DNA of 64,000 nt from Macrostomum lignano. Its lineage: Eukaryota. Both the position numbers and the translations under genes were made by a program. The stretch lies in NCBI GenBank assembly GCA_002269645.1, contig NIVC01000001.1, positions 2,046,001 to 2,110,000 of the forward strand, written 5' to 3'. The notes under the pieces were generated by a model, which saw only the letters and a list, made by a program, of their open reading frames with translations, was not told the DNA's origin and searched no databases. Below are positions 23,684 to 37,500 of this stretch, piece after piece (within the stretch, counting starts at the first letter, position 1; each line of letters opens with the position of its first letter).

Positions 23684-24240
23684 CTGACTGCTGAGGGTCA
23701 GGGGAGAGAGTCACCGACTGCTGAGGGTCAGGGGAGAGAGTCACTGACTGCTGAGGGTCAGGGGAGAGAGTCACTGACTGCTGAGGGTCAGGGGAGAGAG
23801 TCACTGACTGCTGAGAGTCAGGGGAGAGAGTCACTGACTGCTGAGAGTCAGGGGAGAGAGTCACTGACTGCTGAGAGTCAGGGGAGAGAGTCACTGACTG
23901 CTGAGAGTCAGGGGAGAGAGTCACTGACTGCTGAGAGTCAGGGGAGAGAGTCACTGACTGCTGAGAGTCAGGGGAGAGAGTCACTGACTGCTGAGGGTCA
24001 GGGGAGAGAGTCACTGACTGCTGAGGGTCAGGGGAGAGTCACTGACTGCTGAGAGTCAGGGGAGAGAGTCACTGACTGCTGAGAGTCAGGTGAGAGAGTC
24101 ACTGACTGCTGAGGGTCAGGGGAGAGAGTCACTGACTGCTAAGGGTCAGGGGAGAGAGTCACTGACTGCTGAGGGACAGGGGAGAGAGCCACTGACTGCT
24201 AAGGGCCAGGGCCTCAGGGGTAGAGTCACTGACTCTGCTG
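23684..24240. repeat. 30-bp minisatellite, ~18 copies, immediately 5' of the SCP-like CDS
   Basis: Unit GACTGCTGAG(G/A)GTCAGGGGAGAGAGTCACT. Confidence 0.95.
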
Positions 24241-24819
24241 ACTGCTGTGCTCAAGCCTTAAGGGATCAAACTGTAAGGGATAAAGTTATCAAAGCCAGAA
24301 GATCAAGAGTTCTCAGAAAGGTCCAGCAGCCGCAGTTCAAACCCTCCTGAACCCGCCAGTCACGATGGCCTCAAAGAACTCTAGCGGGCAGACCGGCAGC
24401 CAATATTTGACTGGCTGCAGGTGTTCGGCTAATCGTATGGCAAAAAATTAAATAAAAAATCCGCTTCTCAGGGCGGCGGGCTAAGTGCTGCTCACCCTGC
24501 CATTTAACTCAACCAAAGAAAAAAGATTTTCCGTGGCCAAAAAAGGCAACTCTGGTGTCTGAGAAAGCTGACAGACTTTTTGCTCAACCTCTTGTAGTGG
24601 GCAGAAGAAGCAGTGCAGTGCTCAAGGCTCAAGGTCTGCAGTTCTGCGGATAAGTTGGGAATGGAATTTCAACTCGCACTGCCCGCACTTTGCTGTGCGG
24701 GTTCAGCGAGACTGGAAGGAAATGCGGAACTGGAGTGCCGATGAAGGGCAAGGTGGAGAGATGGGACCGGAGATGATGGGAAAAATGAGAGGATCGACAT
24801 GAAGTCGTGTGAGAGGAAG

Positions 24820-25645
24820 GGAGATGGAGAGAGTGAGAGGCTGGATGGAGAGTGAGAGGCTGGATGGAGAGTGAGAGACTGGATGGAGAGTGAGAGGCTG
24901 GATGGAGAGTGATAGACTGGATGGAGAGTGAGAGACTGGATGGAGAGTGAGAAACTGGATGGAGAGTGAGAAACTGGATGGAGAGTGAGAGGCTGGATGG
25001 AGAGTGAGAGGCTGGATAGAGAGTGAGAAACTGGATGGAGAGTGAGAGACTGGATTGAGAGTGAGAGACTGGATGAAGAGTGAGAAACTGGATGGAGAGT
25101 GAAAAACTGGATTGAGAGTGAGAGATTGGATGGAGAGTGAGAGGCTGGATGGAGAGTGAGAGACTGGATTGAGAGTGAGAGACTGGATGGAGAGTGAGAA
25201 ACTGGATGGAGAGTGAGAGACTGGATGGAGAGTGAGAAACTGGATGGAGAGTGAGAGACTGGATGGAGAGTGAGAGACTGGATGGAGAGTGAGAGACTGG
25301 ATGGAGAGTGAGAAACTGGATGGAGAGTGAGAGACTGGATGGAGAGTGAGAGACTGGATGGAGAGTGAGAGGCTGGATGGAGAGTGAGAGACTGGATGGA
25401 GAGTGAGAGACTGGATGGAGAGTGAGAAACTGGATGGAGAGTGAGAGCTGAGAGGCTGGATGGAGAGTGAGAGCTGAGAGGCTGGATGGAGAGTGAGAGG
25501 CTGGATAGAGAGTGAGAAACTGGATGGAGAGTGAGAGACTGGATGGAGAGTGAGAGACTGGATGGAGAGTAAGAGACTGGATGGAGAGTGAGAGACTGGA
25601 TGGAGAGTGAGAGGCTGGATGGAGAGTGAGAGACTGGATGGAGAG
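24820..25645. repeat. 19-bp minisatellite, ~43 copies
   Basis: Unit CTGGATGGAGAGTGAGAGA with variants. Confidence 0.95.
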
Positions 25646-25720
25646 CTTCCACAAGCAGCAGAGTCGACAGTCTGCCGGACCTTCAAAGTCCCGCCAGCGG
25701 CCGCTGCAGCCGAGACTCAC

Positions 25721-25800
25721 CGCTGCTCAAGTCGGGTGTCCGTTCGGTCCTGTCGCGGATTGAAAAGTCGGCGGCTGTCGCGGCTTTGAGTTGGGGAATT
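25721..25800 (-). other. Candidate non-coding first exon of the SCP-like gene
   Basis: GC-rich island ending in a strong donor GCG|GTGAGT at 25721/25720. It is phase-compatible with CAG|CTATG at 23683. There is an upstream in-frame stop and no ATG, so it would be 5' UTR. Confidence 0.35.
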
Positions 25801-26534
25801 TATCCTCCCAGAATTTAAAGTGGGACAAAATCCCCTAGCCAGAGATTGATTGTGGGAATTGCGGCGGCTGCTCGCTTGCAGAGGATTTTTGGGGGAAACT
25901 GAGCGGGACTGGGGAGATTCGCTGGGGGGGGGGAGGCCTGAGCCAATGGGATCTCACACGGCATTGAGGAGTGCGCAGACAAACAAAAGCAGCTGTGGAG
26001 CAAAGGCGACGCCACGGAATTGGGGATAAATTTCCATTTCTATGAGACAAGAACTGGAAACGGCACTGAGAGCTTGGCAGGCCATCAGCCGGACTCAGTC
26101 AGCTCAGGTCGGCAAACACTTCGCATGCCGGAAACTGAGCCCCCATAACTGCATTTAAAGAAACTGTCATGAGTTGCAAAACAGAGCCTGAGAGAGATGG
26201 AGCAGCCTCATCAGGGGAGGGCAGGGCATTACGGATGCACTGAGCAAATCCAGCGGCCTTCACTGCCGTCAGCCCCGCCCTCTGCCAAGACTTCTTCTAG
26301 GAGAGCATTTCCCGGGCAAATACTTCAGTCTGAGGCCTGGAGACTTAAAATCAACACAGCTACAGTTTCTTTCAGCAGATCCGCTGCTCAATCACTGAGG
26401 ACTGTTTGCTTTTGCAGTGGAGATTTCTGGCTGCGGCTCATTGCTGCTTTTAGAGGCAAATTGTGGAGCACTGGGCGACATTGATTGATGAGGGCGGCGT
26501 GGAATGAGCTGGAAGGTAAGAAGGGTTATGGCCG

Positions 26535-26740
26535 GTTCTGCAGGTGGCCGGTTCTCCAGGTAAGCGGTTCTCCAGGTGGGCGGTTCTCCAGGTGGGCGGT
26601 TCTCCAGGTGGGCGGTTCTCCAGGTGGCCGGTTCTCCAGGTGGCCGGTTCTCCAGGTGGCCGGTTCTCCAGGCGGCCGGTTCTCCAGGTGGCCGGTTCTC
26701 CAGATGGGCGATTCTCCAAGTGTGCGATTCTCCAGGTGGT
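26535..26740. repeat. 16-bp minisatellite, ~12 copies
   Basis: Unit GGTTCTCCAGGTGG(C/G)C. Confidence 0.92.
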
Positions 26741-26998
26741 CAATCACAGGGCAACTTTAAATGTAGAAGAAAATTCCCTAACAATTTCCAGATCTATAGA
26801 CAAGATTGTGAAAAAGTCTAAAAAGAACAACACACAAAACGATTAATCAAGCAATTAGTCATTAGCAACAGATAGAAAAAAGTCACCAACAGGAACTGAA
26901 AATGTATAATAGAGTGTATTTCATTTCTTAGAAATTTACAACGCACACAAATTACAAACATGAGACGGATGTCGACCTTACATATAAAAGTACGTATG

Positions 26999-29900
26999 TC
27001 ACTCGTCGGCACTGAAGTAGCCGGCAGCTAAAAGTACATTAGTCCTATTAAAGTGCAAAGCCAGCAGCGGAGTGCGTTTAGTGTACAGCGCTTTGACAAA
27101 AACCGACGCCGCGTCGAATTGACAAGTCGGCGGAGTTGGCGGTGGCGGAGGCGCGTTCTGCTGCTGCTGACTGCCCGTTGACGAGCTGGAAGCCGTGGCG
27201 GCGGCCGGAGCTGCCGCGGCGGTCAATTTGGCGAGGTCCCACAGTCGGACGGCAGAGTCCAAACCGCCAGTGGCAAGCAGTTGAGAGTCGCGACAGACGG
27301 CTAAGCAGGTGACACCGCCGCCAGCGCAGGCGTCGTGGGCTCGAGTGAAATGCGCCACCTGAGGCAGAGTGGGGGTGGGTGTAGCGATGTGGGGTGGGTG
27401 TAGTGATGTGGGGTGGGTGTAGCGGTGTGGGGTGGGTGTAGCGGTGTGGGGTGGGTGTAGCGATGTGGGGTGGGTGTAGCGATGTGGGGTGGGTGTAGCG
27501 GAGTGGGTGGGTGTAGCGATGTGAGGTGGGTGTAGCGGAGTGGGGTGGGTGTAGCGATGTGGGGTGGGTGTAGCGATGTGAGGTGGGTGTAGCGGAGTGG
27601 GGTGGGTGTAGCGATGTGGGGTGGGTGTAGCGATGTGGGGTGGGTGTAGCGGAGTGGGTGGGTGTAACGATGTGGGAGTGGCGGAGGGTTGTAGCAAAAT
27701 AAATTGTAGCATGCAAAAAGAAGGTAGAAACCCGGGTTTAACCCACTTGCACCTGTCCACCAGTGACGGCCAAGTCCCACACAATGAGGCCGCCCCTGGT
27801 GCAGCCGGTGATTAAGAATCGACCGCAGCCACTGAAATCCAAGCAGGCCGGAGCGCCTTTGTGGCCGGACATGGCGCGAACGCAGCGGCCGTTAAGGACG
27901 TCGAACAGTCGGACCATGCCGTCGGAGCTGCCTGTGGCCACGTAGTTGCCATTCGGGTGGAAGCGCACGCAGTCAACATCGCCGAGATGGCCGCAGAACA
28001 GCCGCAGCGGGCTGCAGTGGTCGGTGGCCCACAGGCGGGCTACCCAGTCTGCGCCGCCCGAAGCAAAGTAATGCCCCATCGGGGAGAAGCGGACGGACCA
28101 AACCGGCTCGTGGTGGCCGCGCAGCACCACCAGGCAGGACCAGAGTTGCAACGACCACAGCCGGACTGTGGTGTCCGAGCTGCCGGACACCTGCGGAAAA
28201 GAGGGAGAGGCCATTTTTTACTCACTAAACTGTCTGAGAATGTACATACTCGTATACAGTCATTATGGTTTCTGAACTGCTTCGATGGCTGGGGATCTGA
28301 GGGTCCGGTGGTTGGGGATCTGAGGATCCGGTGGTTGGGGATCTGAGGGTCCGATGGTTGGGGATCTGAGGGTCCGGTGGTTGGGGATCGAGGGTCCGGT
28401 GGTTGGGGATCTGAGGGTCCGGTGGTTGGGGATCGAGGGTCCGATGTCTGGGGATTTAAGGCTGGGGATCTAAGGGTTTAAGGGATTTCAGGATTTAAGG
28501 ATTAAGTTTAAATTAAGTTTAAGGATTTAAGGGTCCGATGGTTGGGGATCTGAGGGTCCGGTGGTTGGGGGGATCTGAGAGTCCGATGGTTGGGGGATCT
28601 GAGGGTCCGATGGTTGGGGGATCTGAGGGTCCGGTGGTTGGGGGGATCTGAGAGTCCGATGGTTGGGGGATCTGAGAGTCTGATGGTTGGGGGATCTGAG
28701 GGTCCGGTGGTTGGGGGATCTGAGGATCCGATGGTTGGGGGATCTGAGAGTCCGATGGTTGGGGGATCTGAGAGTCTGATGTCTGGGGATTTAAGGCTGG
28801 AGATCTGAGGATTCGATGGTTGGGGATGGGGATCTGAGGGTCCGATGGTTGGGGCTGGGGATCTGAGGATTCGATGGTTGGGGCTTGGGATCTGAGGGTC
28901 ACATGGTTGGGGCTGGGGATCTAAGGGTCACATGGTTGGGGCTGGGGATCTAAGGTTGGGGATCTGAGGGTCACATGGTTGGGGCTGGGGATCTAAGGTT
29001 GGGAATCTAATATCCAAATACAGCGGTGCTCATAAAGCAACTCACAAGCAGCTGCTTATTAGGCGCAATAGACACAGAGTAGACTGAGCCGGAGTGGCCC
29101 AGCAGCTGGCGGCACATGCTGTGCTTATCGGCCAGCATTCGCAGGTGCACGCCATCGTCAGAGGTGTCCAGTTTGTCCAGCTCCTCGGCCGAGAGCAACT
29201 CCTCGAGACCGTCCCGGGAGGACAGGGCCCAGGCCTGGCCAGTAAAAATAGACATCGAATAAAAATAATCACGCGTTTGCTAATTGAACTACTGACAGTA
29301 GAGTAGCATGAAAAAATAAGACTATTTAATAGGACAAGGATTAGGCACCTTAATAGCAGAGTGCTCGGTGCCGCAGCAGAGCAGCAGGCCGTCCTCGCTG
29401 ATGTCGCAAGCCGTCACCCGCTCGTCGGAGCTGTTATGCGCGGTGTACAGACAGCATGACGGCATACTCTGCGGCCCGAGGCGTTGGCGCTTTTGCAAGT
29501 CTCTGGCTCGCTGCCGGCGCTCGACTCGGTCGCGGTCGCGCAGCTCGGGCAGTGGAATTCGATCTGGGGCTGGGGCGTTCGGGTCCGGCTTGGCCTTCTT
29601 GCCGGCGGCCTGCGGACCGGCGCGAGTTGGGCGGAGGGACAGGAAAGGTCAGACAGGATCCGGGGCATGGACAAATAGACCGGACAGAACAGAGGAACAA
29701 TCACACAAGACACAGGTAAAACAGAGGAATGACAGGTACACAAGACACAGGTAAAACAGAGGAATGACAGGCACACAAGACACAGGTAAAACAGAGGAAT
29801 GACAGGTACACAAGACACATGTAAAACAGAGGAATGACAGGCACACAAGACACAGGTAAAACAGAGGAATGACAGGCACACAAGACACAGGTAAAATAGA

Positions 29901-31766
29901 GGAATGACAGGTACACAAGACACAGGTAAAACAGAGGAATGACAGGCACACAAGACACAGGTAAAATAGAGGAATGACAGGCACACAAGACACAGGTAAA
30001 ACAGAGGAATGACAGGCACACAAGACACAGGTGAAACAGAGGAATGACAGGTACACAAGACACAGGTAAAATAGAGGAATGACAGGCACACAAGACACAG
30101 GTAAAACAGAGAAATGACAGGTACACAAGACACAGGTAAAACAGAGGAATGACAGGTACACAAGACACAGGTAAAACAGAGGAATGACAGGTACACAAGA
30201 CACAGGTAAAACAGAGGAATGACAGGTACACAAGACACAGGTAAAACAGAGGAATGACAGGTACACAAGACACAGGTAAAACAGAGGAATGACAGGCACA
30301 CAAGACACAGGTAAAACAGAGAAATGACAGGCACACAAGACACAAGTAAAACAGAGGAATGACAGGAACACAAGACACAGGTAAAACAGAGGAATGACAG
30401 GCACACAAGACACAGGTAAAACAGAGGAATGACAGGCACAGGTAAAACATAAAGATATGCAAAAGCACAGAAAAGACACAAACAGACAATAAAAGCAGAA
30501 TCACAGACCGACAGCCATATAGAAGCTCTTAATTAAAGACAGCAAATACTTGAAGTTTATTCATAAATTGACCGCAATTTCGCTAAGCGATCAAACCATT
30601 TATTGGCCAACAAGGCGTCGCCCTCACCTGATCTTTCTTTCCCTTTTTCTTTTTCGGCCCGTCATCGTCCCCGTCGCCTCCACCGCCACCGCCACCACCA
30701 CCGCCTCCAGCCGCGGAATCGTCCAGGCCATTGTTGGCGCCGCCACCGCTGCCGCCTCCGCTAGCGGCGCCACCCTGCTGACCGGGCCCAGCGTCCCATG
30801 CGTCCCTAGCAACAGCGTACAGAATTCGAGCCCGGTTAGCTTCCCGACCAGCCTCTCCAAGTAGGGCGCCTCGCCGACTTTCAACAGCTTGACGCGATCT
30901 GGGCGGACCGTCGACCTCTTCAACAGTCACGTGATCCATGGCCGAGTCCACGGGCTGGCCGGGCCGCTCAGCTAGGAACTGCTTGAGCAGTCGGTGGCTG
31001 TCTTTGCACAGAATCACCGTGTACTGACCGGAGCGGAATCCTTCCAGCACGGGGCTGGTTGCCACCTGGCCGGGGCGGGTCACCGCCCGCAGCTGCTGCA
31101 GGTGGCCGCAGCCAGCCGGGTCGCCATCGCTGCCCTCCTCTCCGCGATGATAGGCGGGCAAAGCGGGGCCAAATCGATTGTAAAAAGCCACAGCGTCCGC
31201 TGATTTATCAGCCGACACGAGGCGTAAGTAGAGGTGAACAAAGACTGGGTAGAGCACGCCCGATAGTTCTGGCTGAGTTTTGGGTATGCGAAACAGAACT
31301 TGATTTGTACTTTATTTTAAACTATCACAAATTTGTGATGCTGCAAGTAACTTTTGCTATTTAAAGTGCAACACTATGATTGAGTAGATGACCTATTGCA
31401 AGGTGCACAAAACACTTGCTTACTAAAAGTCCAACTGACTCCAATACAGGAAAGACCTGAGCTTTAGAAAATATCCCAAATATAAAAATAAGGTAGATTT
31501 GCTACTTTAATACAGCTTAAAAAATATTTGGCACAAATGGACTAATTGGAAGTTTAATGTCATAATACTGAAAGAACAATGCGTGAAGCCTTCTATAAAT
31601 GTTTCATTTTTGTTTAATTAACCTCCTTACAAAAGTCAAATAAAACACTTACCTTATGAATATCCAGAGCCCTTTCTATGAAGTGAATTAGCTCATTAAA
31701 ACTGTCACTGAATTGGGTGGCATCGTCATCTGACTTGCCAATAAATTCTGAAGGGATGGCTTCCAT
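26999..31766 (-). CDS. TAF5: Transcription initiation factor TFIID subunit 5 (NTD2 plus WD40 propeller), ~670 aa
   Basis: Exons 31766-31653, 31272-30628, 29609-29349, 29234-29046, 28190-27747 and 27358-26999, all phase 0 with GT-AG. Motifs ELSGVLYPVFVHLYL (NTD2), DPNAP..RIPLPEL, GHSGSVYSV, GH..PVW.VRFSP.GHYFASGG, RLFCGHLGDVDCVRFHPNGNYVATGS and TKRTPLLALHF closely follow TAF5. The start codon (or an upstream exon spliced to 31747) is uncertain. Confidence 0.93.
27365..27690. repeat. ~19-20-bp GT-rich minisatellite in TAF5 intron 5
   Basis: Unit GTGGGGTGGGTGTAGCG(AT/G). Confidence 0.92.
28290..29005. repeat. ~24-26-bp minisatellite in TAF5 intron 4
   Basis: Unit GGTTGGGG(G)ATCTGAGGGTCCGAT with variants. 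Confidence 0.9.
29690..30450. repeat. 35-bp minisatellite, ~21 copies, in TAF5 intron 2
   Basis: Unit ACACAAGACACAGGTAAAACAGAGGAATGACAGG(C/T). Confidence 0.95.
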
Positions 31767-33124
31767 GCAGAAAAATTATTTATATATAATATACATTGGC
31801 AAGTATTCATTGAAAAAAGTTAAAATAAGTATACTAATTAATAATTGTTATCTGCTATCTAATTTCATCAATATTAATATTATTAAACTCATTTATCAAG
31901 CATTTAATAAATTTACATTTGAGGCCCTAGCTATGTATAAATTCATATATCTATTATCTAATAAGGTTGTATGCTAAGCAATACATGCATATAGCTAGTT
32001 ATATGATCAAACAAGTATCAATTACTTACACTTCCGCAGTCTATACATTTCATATAACAAAAATAACAAGGACTATTTCTTCTTACTTTAGAAAAAATGG
32101 TTTTAGCTAGAGTTTTGTAAAAATATACAATTATACATTTTCTACAATGCCAAATCTAAATATACTAAATCTCCAAGGTTTGATGCTGCCGCTGGGAAGC
32201 AACATTCAAAATAGGTCTTCAATTATTTAATTAAATTTGACAATTTAGGTTAATAATTTGTTTAATTTTGTTACTCTGGTGCAAATCATAGAACTCTATA
32301 GAAGGGAAGAACTCGAGACTCTTTCTATGCAGAATGCAAATGTTAGTCTTATTCTACTTTTTTGCTCTTGAAGATAGAGTAGATAGAGAAATATTACATA
32401 TAGCTGACATATTTTCATTAGCTTAACTAGAAGGTGCTGAGCTGCCTGAGCATGACCATGTATTTGATTGCCTGCTTTTACTTCTCTGTTTGATTAGAAA
32501 ATGTTGTTCTATTCTCTTCAGTCTTTTCTTATCTCTACTTTTTTAAGATATATAATAAGTGTCGAGAAAAATAGACTAAAAACTAGAAGTTGAACTGGAT
32601 GTTGAATACTGTTGAAAATTGAATACTAAGATAAGCCAGTAAGTGGGCGCAGGGCCCAAACAAGTATATTTATACCAGACATTAACTTAGGGGGTTTGAA
32701 ATGCAGATAATAAAGAGAGGGGTGGAGTGCGCGACTAAATAGAGAGGCGAGAATGGAGAACCAATCAGAAGGCAGCAAGGGAGAGAGAGATAAGAATAAC
32801 AAGATTGAGCTAGACACAGAGAGAGAGAAAACAGTAAACAGAGACAAGTGAAAGTGAACTAAAGAAATGACTAGGAAAGTCGCGACAATAAGCAACAGTC
32901 TATTCCTCAAATAAAGCCTTATTTTTCCAATTTTAATTGCTTCTTATAGCTTGCTTGCTTGCTGAAACACTAATGACAACCTTAGATTTTGAATGACATT
33001 GATGTCTTGCATCCAAAAACTGCTAAATTAAAAAAATTATTAATATTTTTATCTTTAGAAAATGTCAAATGTTTTATATTAACTAGGCCTTAGGCTTAGT
33101 TTCTAATCAAGCTTTATTCTTTCT

Positions 33125-33658
33125 TTGGCAATTGTCAAGTTCCATTCATTAAATTATTTTGACTCTAGAAAAGTACTATAAGAACTATTGTTAAAATACA
33201 AATAGCTTTTTTAAGAGACCTAAGCTTAATTAGGCCCTAATTTTGTGCTTTAAAACTTGTTATAATGTATGACACTGAAAAGTTGCAATAGTCTATAGCC
33301 AAAACATTAACAAGTGAATGAGTCTTAACAGAAGCAAATAAAAAGTATTATTGTTTATGGTCAAACTGCCAATAATTTAATAAATAGCAAAAGCTTTATA
33401 TGCTATAATAGGCCTGGTTAAAAATCGATAATAGGATATTCCAAAATGGCTTCACTTGGGTTTAGTTGATGTAACAATTTCTCATGGCCATTGACTATTG
33501 CAGCTTTCTGGTGTTAGATACATTATAACAAGTTTTGAATCATTGAATTAGTGTTTAACCAGGCCTTAGTCTCTTAAAAGTATTTGTATTTAAAATAGTT
33601 TGTAGATTACTTTTCTAGGGTCAAAATAATTTAATGAACGAAACCTGACAATTGCCAC
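33125..33658. mobile_element. Degenerate MITE-like element with ~100-bp inverted arms
   Basis: TGGCAATTGTCAAGTTCCATTCATTAAATTATTTTGACTCTAGAAAAGTA (from ~33126) is the imperfect reverse complement of 33610-33658. No clear TSD. Confidence 0.55.
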
Positions 33659-34522
33659 AACTTTTATTGACTCATAGGGCTAATGCAGTCATTTATTGCA
33701 GTCATTTTACACATTTACTGCACTGGGCACCCAGTGTGAATTAGGCCCCCTACCCATTTGTCAGCTTTCACTTTGAAAATTTGTAAAATGATGGTCTAAC
33801 AATGGTATTTATTAACAAGGCGTGCATTTCTATAATCTAAGTCGTACATTTAAAGTTCAGCAGATAAAAATCATGCAATAAAGTGTGCATTAAAAGTTTG
33901 ACGAATTTGTGAATTTTTTATTTAAAACAGTAGTATGGCATGTAAAGTTCAACATAAAAACGTTTGTCAAGTGACCCATGATACTTTATTCTGCATCATA
34001 CTAGGAATTAAATTCACTATACCAACTCGTCTTCTCTACATTTCAGATGAAGTAAATTCATCTGCGAGTGACGAGTTGGCACTTAGTCATAGACATAGGG
34101 GTCGTGTGATTTCGTGGCTCCTTTGATAAAAGTATGATATGAATGAGCCTTTAGAGCTTCCAATTTTTGAAATCCTTAAATAATGGTTACATCATAAGAT
34201 TGCAACCATGAATCTCATGATGAATCATGATGTCGATGAATTTTCTTTAATATTTTCTTTGAAAATTTTTCTTTTCTTTTTCTTTAATTCCCTGATTTCT
34301 AAGAAAAAGGTAAGTATCGTGTAAATTTAAAAGGATTGAATAAAACTATTAGAAAAAAACAAATCGGGAATTCCTTTGAAAAGCAAAGCAGTTTTATACG
34401 TTTTTTAAGTTAAACTGCAGATGTAAAAAAAAATTTTGTCAGTAAAATTTCTTTCGTTTGCGATACAATACTTCGCAGAAGTTCTGCGATAAATATTTTA
34501 ACTTTGTTTATTGTTCAATTTT

Positions 34523-37500
34523 GGGTGATTCTCATCGAGAGGTTTCGGAGGTTTTGAGGTTTTTCAGAGGTTTCATTTCAAACAAATATTTTCGCACAAA
34601 ATTTTTAATACAGTACAAAAATTAGGATGTTACTAAAATTTACCTGTGAATAAAATTTTTCTTTAGAAAATAGCTCAGAGGTTTCGGATTCTTTTTCAAT
34701 TTTGCTTGTGATAACCTTGTGATAAGTACGCGCGGAAATTATTTAACTATTTTTATGCAGTCAGTTTTAAAAATACACTACACACTGTTAATGTCCTCGT
34801 TCCCATAGGCTTTTGCCATTCACATTTAATGTGCATGAATAAAATAAAAAACTTAGACAAATGCGCTGCTTGAAATATACTCATAAAATCTAGACAGCTG
34901 TTTTATCCATTTCCCGTTTTTACTTTTGAATGCTGCCATTTTGCATTCGAATTATGTTATGACATTGATGTACTGCAATACTGCATGCATACTACACACA
35001 GAAGTAAATAGCAGCATTATTGCTGTCTTAATATTTTTTTATAAATATCTAAGTGCCTGGAATTACAAGAATGCTTCTTCTAGCAAAGAATTTTACTTTT
35101 AATCATAAAATTTATTTTAATTACTAAAAACTATTAGATTTTCTCTCATAAATAACACTGGTTACCTTGCACAACTGTTCCTGCTGACCAAAGCGCTAAC
35201 ACGTTGAAGTAGTTCTTTTACAAACAAAATGTTTACAGTGAGACTTTGTATTTTGTACATGCATTGCACCACCTTTATTCAATGCTAATCTATTTTGAGC
35301 AATAAGCTAGATAGCAATAAGCCAATAGATTCAATAGAGTTAAAACTAATAAGTCATCAGACACAGTTTTTGGCATTTATTTGAAAATAATATAATTTCT
35401 TCAATTTTTATTATTTGCTTCTGTAAAGATTGCAAGATCAAATGCACAGGAAAATCATTGTTTATTGACTTTTAAAATTGTTTATGAAAAGTTATAGATG
35501 AAAGTAATCAATACCTTTTATTTCAACATACTTTGTTTCAGTTGCCAGCACCAAAGCCTGAACTACTACTTGCCTGGTCTCCTGCCTGCATTCTGAGCCT
35601 GTTTACCAAGCTGTGTACAGGCCAACAATGCTTTCATGTTTGTCTAACCTAATAACAGGCATTATGGCATTCCATGTCCTATACCCACTTGTTGCAACTT
35701 GGTGCATCTAGCTCGCCACCCTTAGAGTCGTGGCAGGCTGGTTACTTTTGTGGTGGCAATTGGTTTGGTTATCAGCATACAGAAGATGGATGTGCTAACC
35801 ACAGCCTAGAGGCTAATCTACTGCAAACTGCCTTCAAGATGAGTGACTGAAGTTCTTCAACTGCTTGCTGGCCGACATAGGCGCTCCAGCCTTTGTTTTT
35901 GTAGGCATTGTCTTTCATATGCATTAACTCTCAAATTTAAGAACTTCACTTTCATCTGAGTAAATAAAAAGACAAGACTTAAATTCTCTTATGTACAGAT
36001 CGGAAATGTGAACTTTTAAAGTGTTTTGATTCGCAACAGATATTTATAAAATATATGGTGTATTTATGCAGTGTAACAGCAATGTATGGATAAAATCTGT
36101 ATACATACTGATATAGAAAATAGAAAATGCTCCTTCTTTGTTTTTGAAATGCATTCTTGTAATGTTCAATGTTTTAAAAATGTAAGGCCTGAAAAAATAA
36201 GGCAAGGCCAAATTGGCAACTACCATGATGCTCATATGCTTGGATCAAGCTTGCGCAGTTGGTGTATGCTGGCTGACATCGGATTATCTATCAGACTCGG
36301 AGTCTCGCAGCACTAAACCCTTCAAAAAACGTTAGTTAGCCTTTTTGAGATGCAGCATAGCATTCTAGGTTCAATGGGCATGTCTATGAGAATTGCATCA
36401 TAAATTGTCAAGACCACCAATGTAAGACCTCAATATTAGGCTGAGGAACATGGGCGATGCTTCTCGGAGTGCGATTTCTGCTATGGCCAGCAAAGTGCAA
36501 TCGGGCAGCCGCATTATGTCAGTTGTATTGAGTTCCATTTAGATGAGTAACACTCAGCTGCTGCTGCTGCTGCTGGACTAAAATGATTGGCACGAGTTCC
36601 CTTGGCACAATTCCCGCAGGGCAATCAGGTGGGCTTCAAATTCCTCTCCAAGCTTGGCACCAGCATGCCTGACATTGCTTTTCATGGTCTCCAATTGAGA
36701 CTATCAAAACAGTTGATGCTGGAAGCCCAAAAATTCGACAATGGGACTCGAGTGCTGCAATGATGAGCAACAATGTTGAAGTTGAGCCGCATCAAAATGT
36801 CCTGTGTTGTAGGTAATAGTGAAAGGAGGATTTTTTTATCTGTCTAATCACTAGAACGAATTTCCCTGAAAGGTCATGCTATAACTTTCGCTGAAAATTG
36901 CGCCATTAGCAATTGCGGCATTGCGACACTAGCCATGTAACATGTAAGAATGTCATCACTTGCCCTAACCATTGGCTACCCTTGATCCTCACATATTGGA
37001 AAGACAGCATTTAGAAAATTTACTCACTTGGTGCAGTCAAGTGTAGTGAAGACCTTGAGGTGTCAAGAAAGACATTTGGTGGATTAATTTAATTGGCCTC
37101 TAGAAGCATATCATATTGTGCAATGGTGTTCTTGCAGGCCAATGCTTAGCAAAAATTCCCATAGAGTTTGATGGGCTCTGGAAAGATAGCATGATTGATC
37201 AAATAAAATACAATGTTAGTCTTTTATATAAGCACAAGTACTGAACATCAGAAGAAAATCTAAATATTTATAGCCTTCTCCCTAACATGGTTTGCACCAA
37301 GCATTTCATTGGCATGATATTTACTGAAGTACATGTTAATGATAAGATAATATATTTGTTAAATATTAAAGCAACAAACTTATAAAAAATGTGATAGCTA
37401 GGCATACATAGTAGGAGCTACTATATAATATGAATATTTGCATTAAAAGACAAAAACTAAAACAAGTTACTAAAATATACAACAATTAGAAATTTTACTC

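Noticed and set aside
23682-24014. N-terminal VTLSPDSQQS repeats as part of the SCP protein
   Set aside because: The ORF-track start is a GTG inside a minisatellite. The first ATG is at 23681, so the extension is unsupported without transcripts.
24629-25720. Long ORFs of 327-363 aa (SLSIQSLTLHP repeats); likewise ORFs at 29414-30504, 45365-47092, 58746-59699 and 62083-62602
   Set aside because: They are translations of stop-free tandem repeats, open in several frames and mostly intronic.
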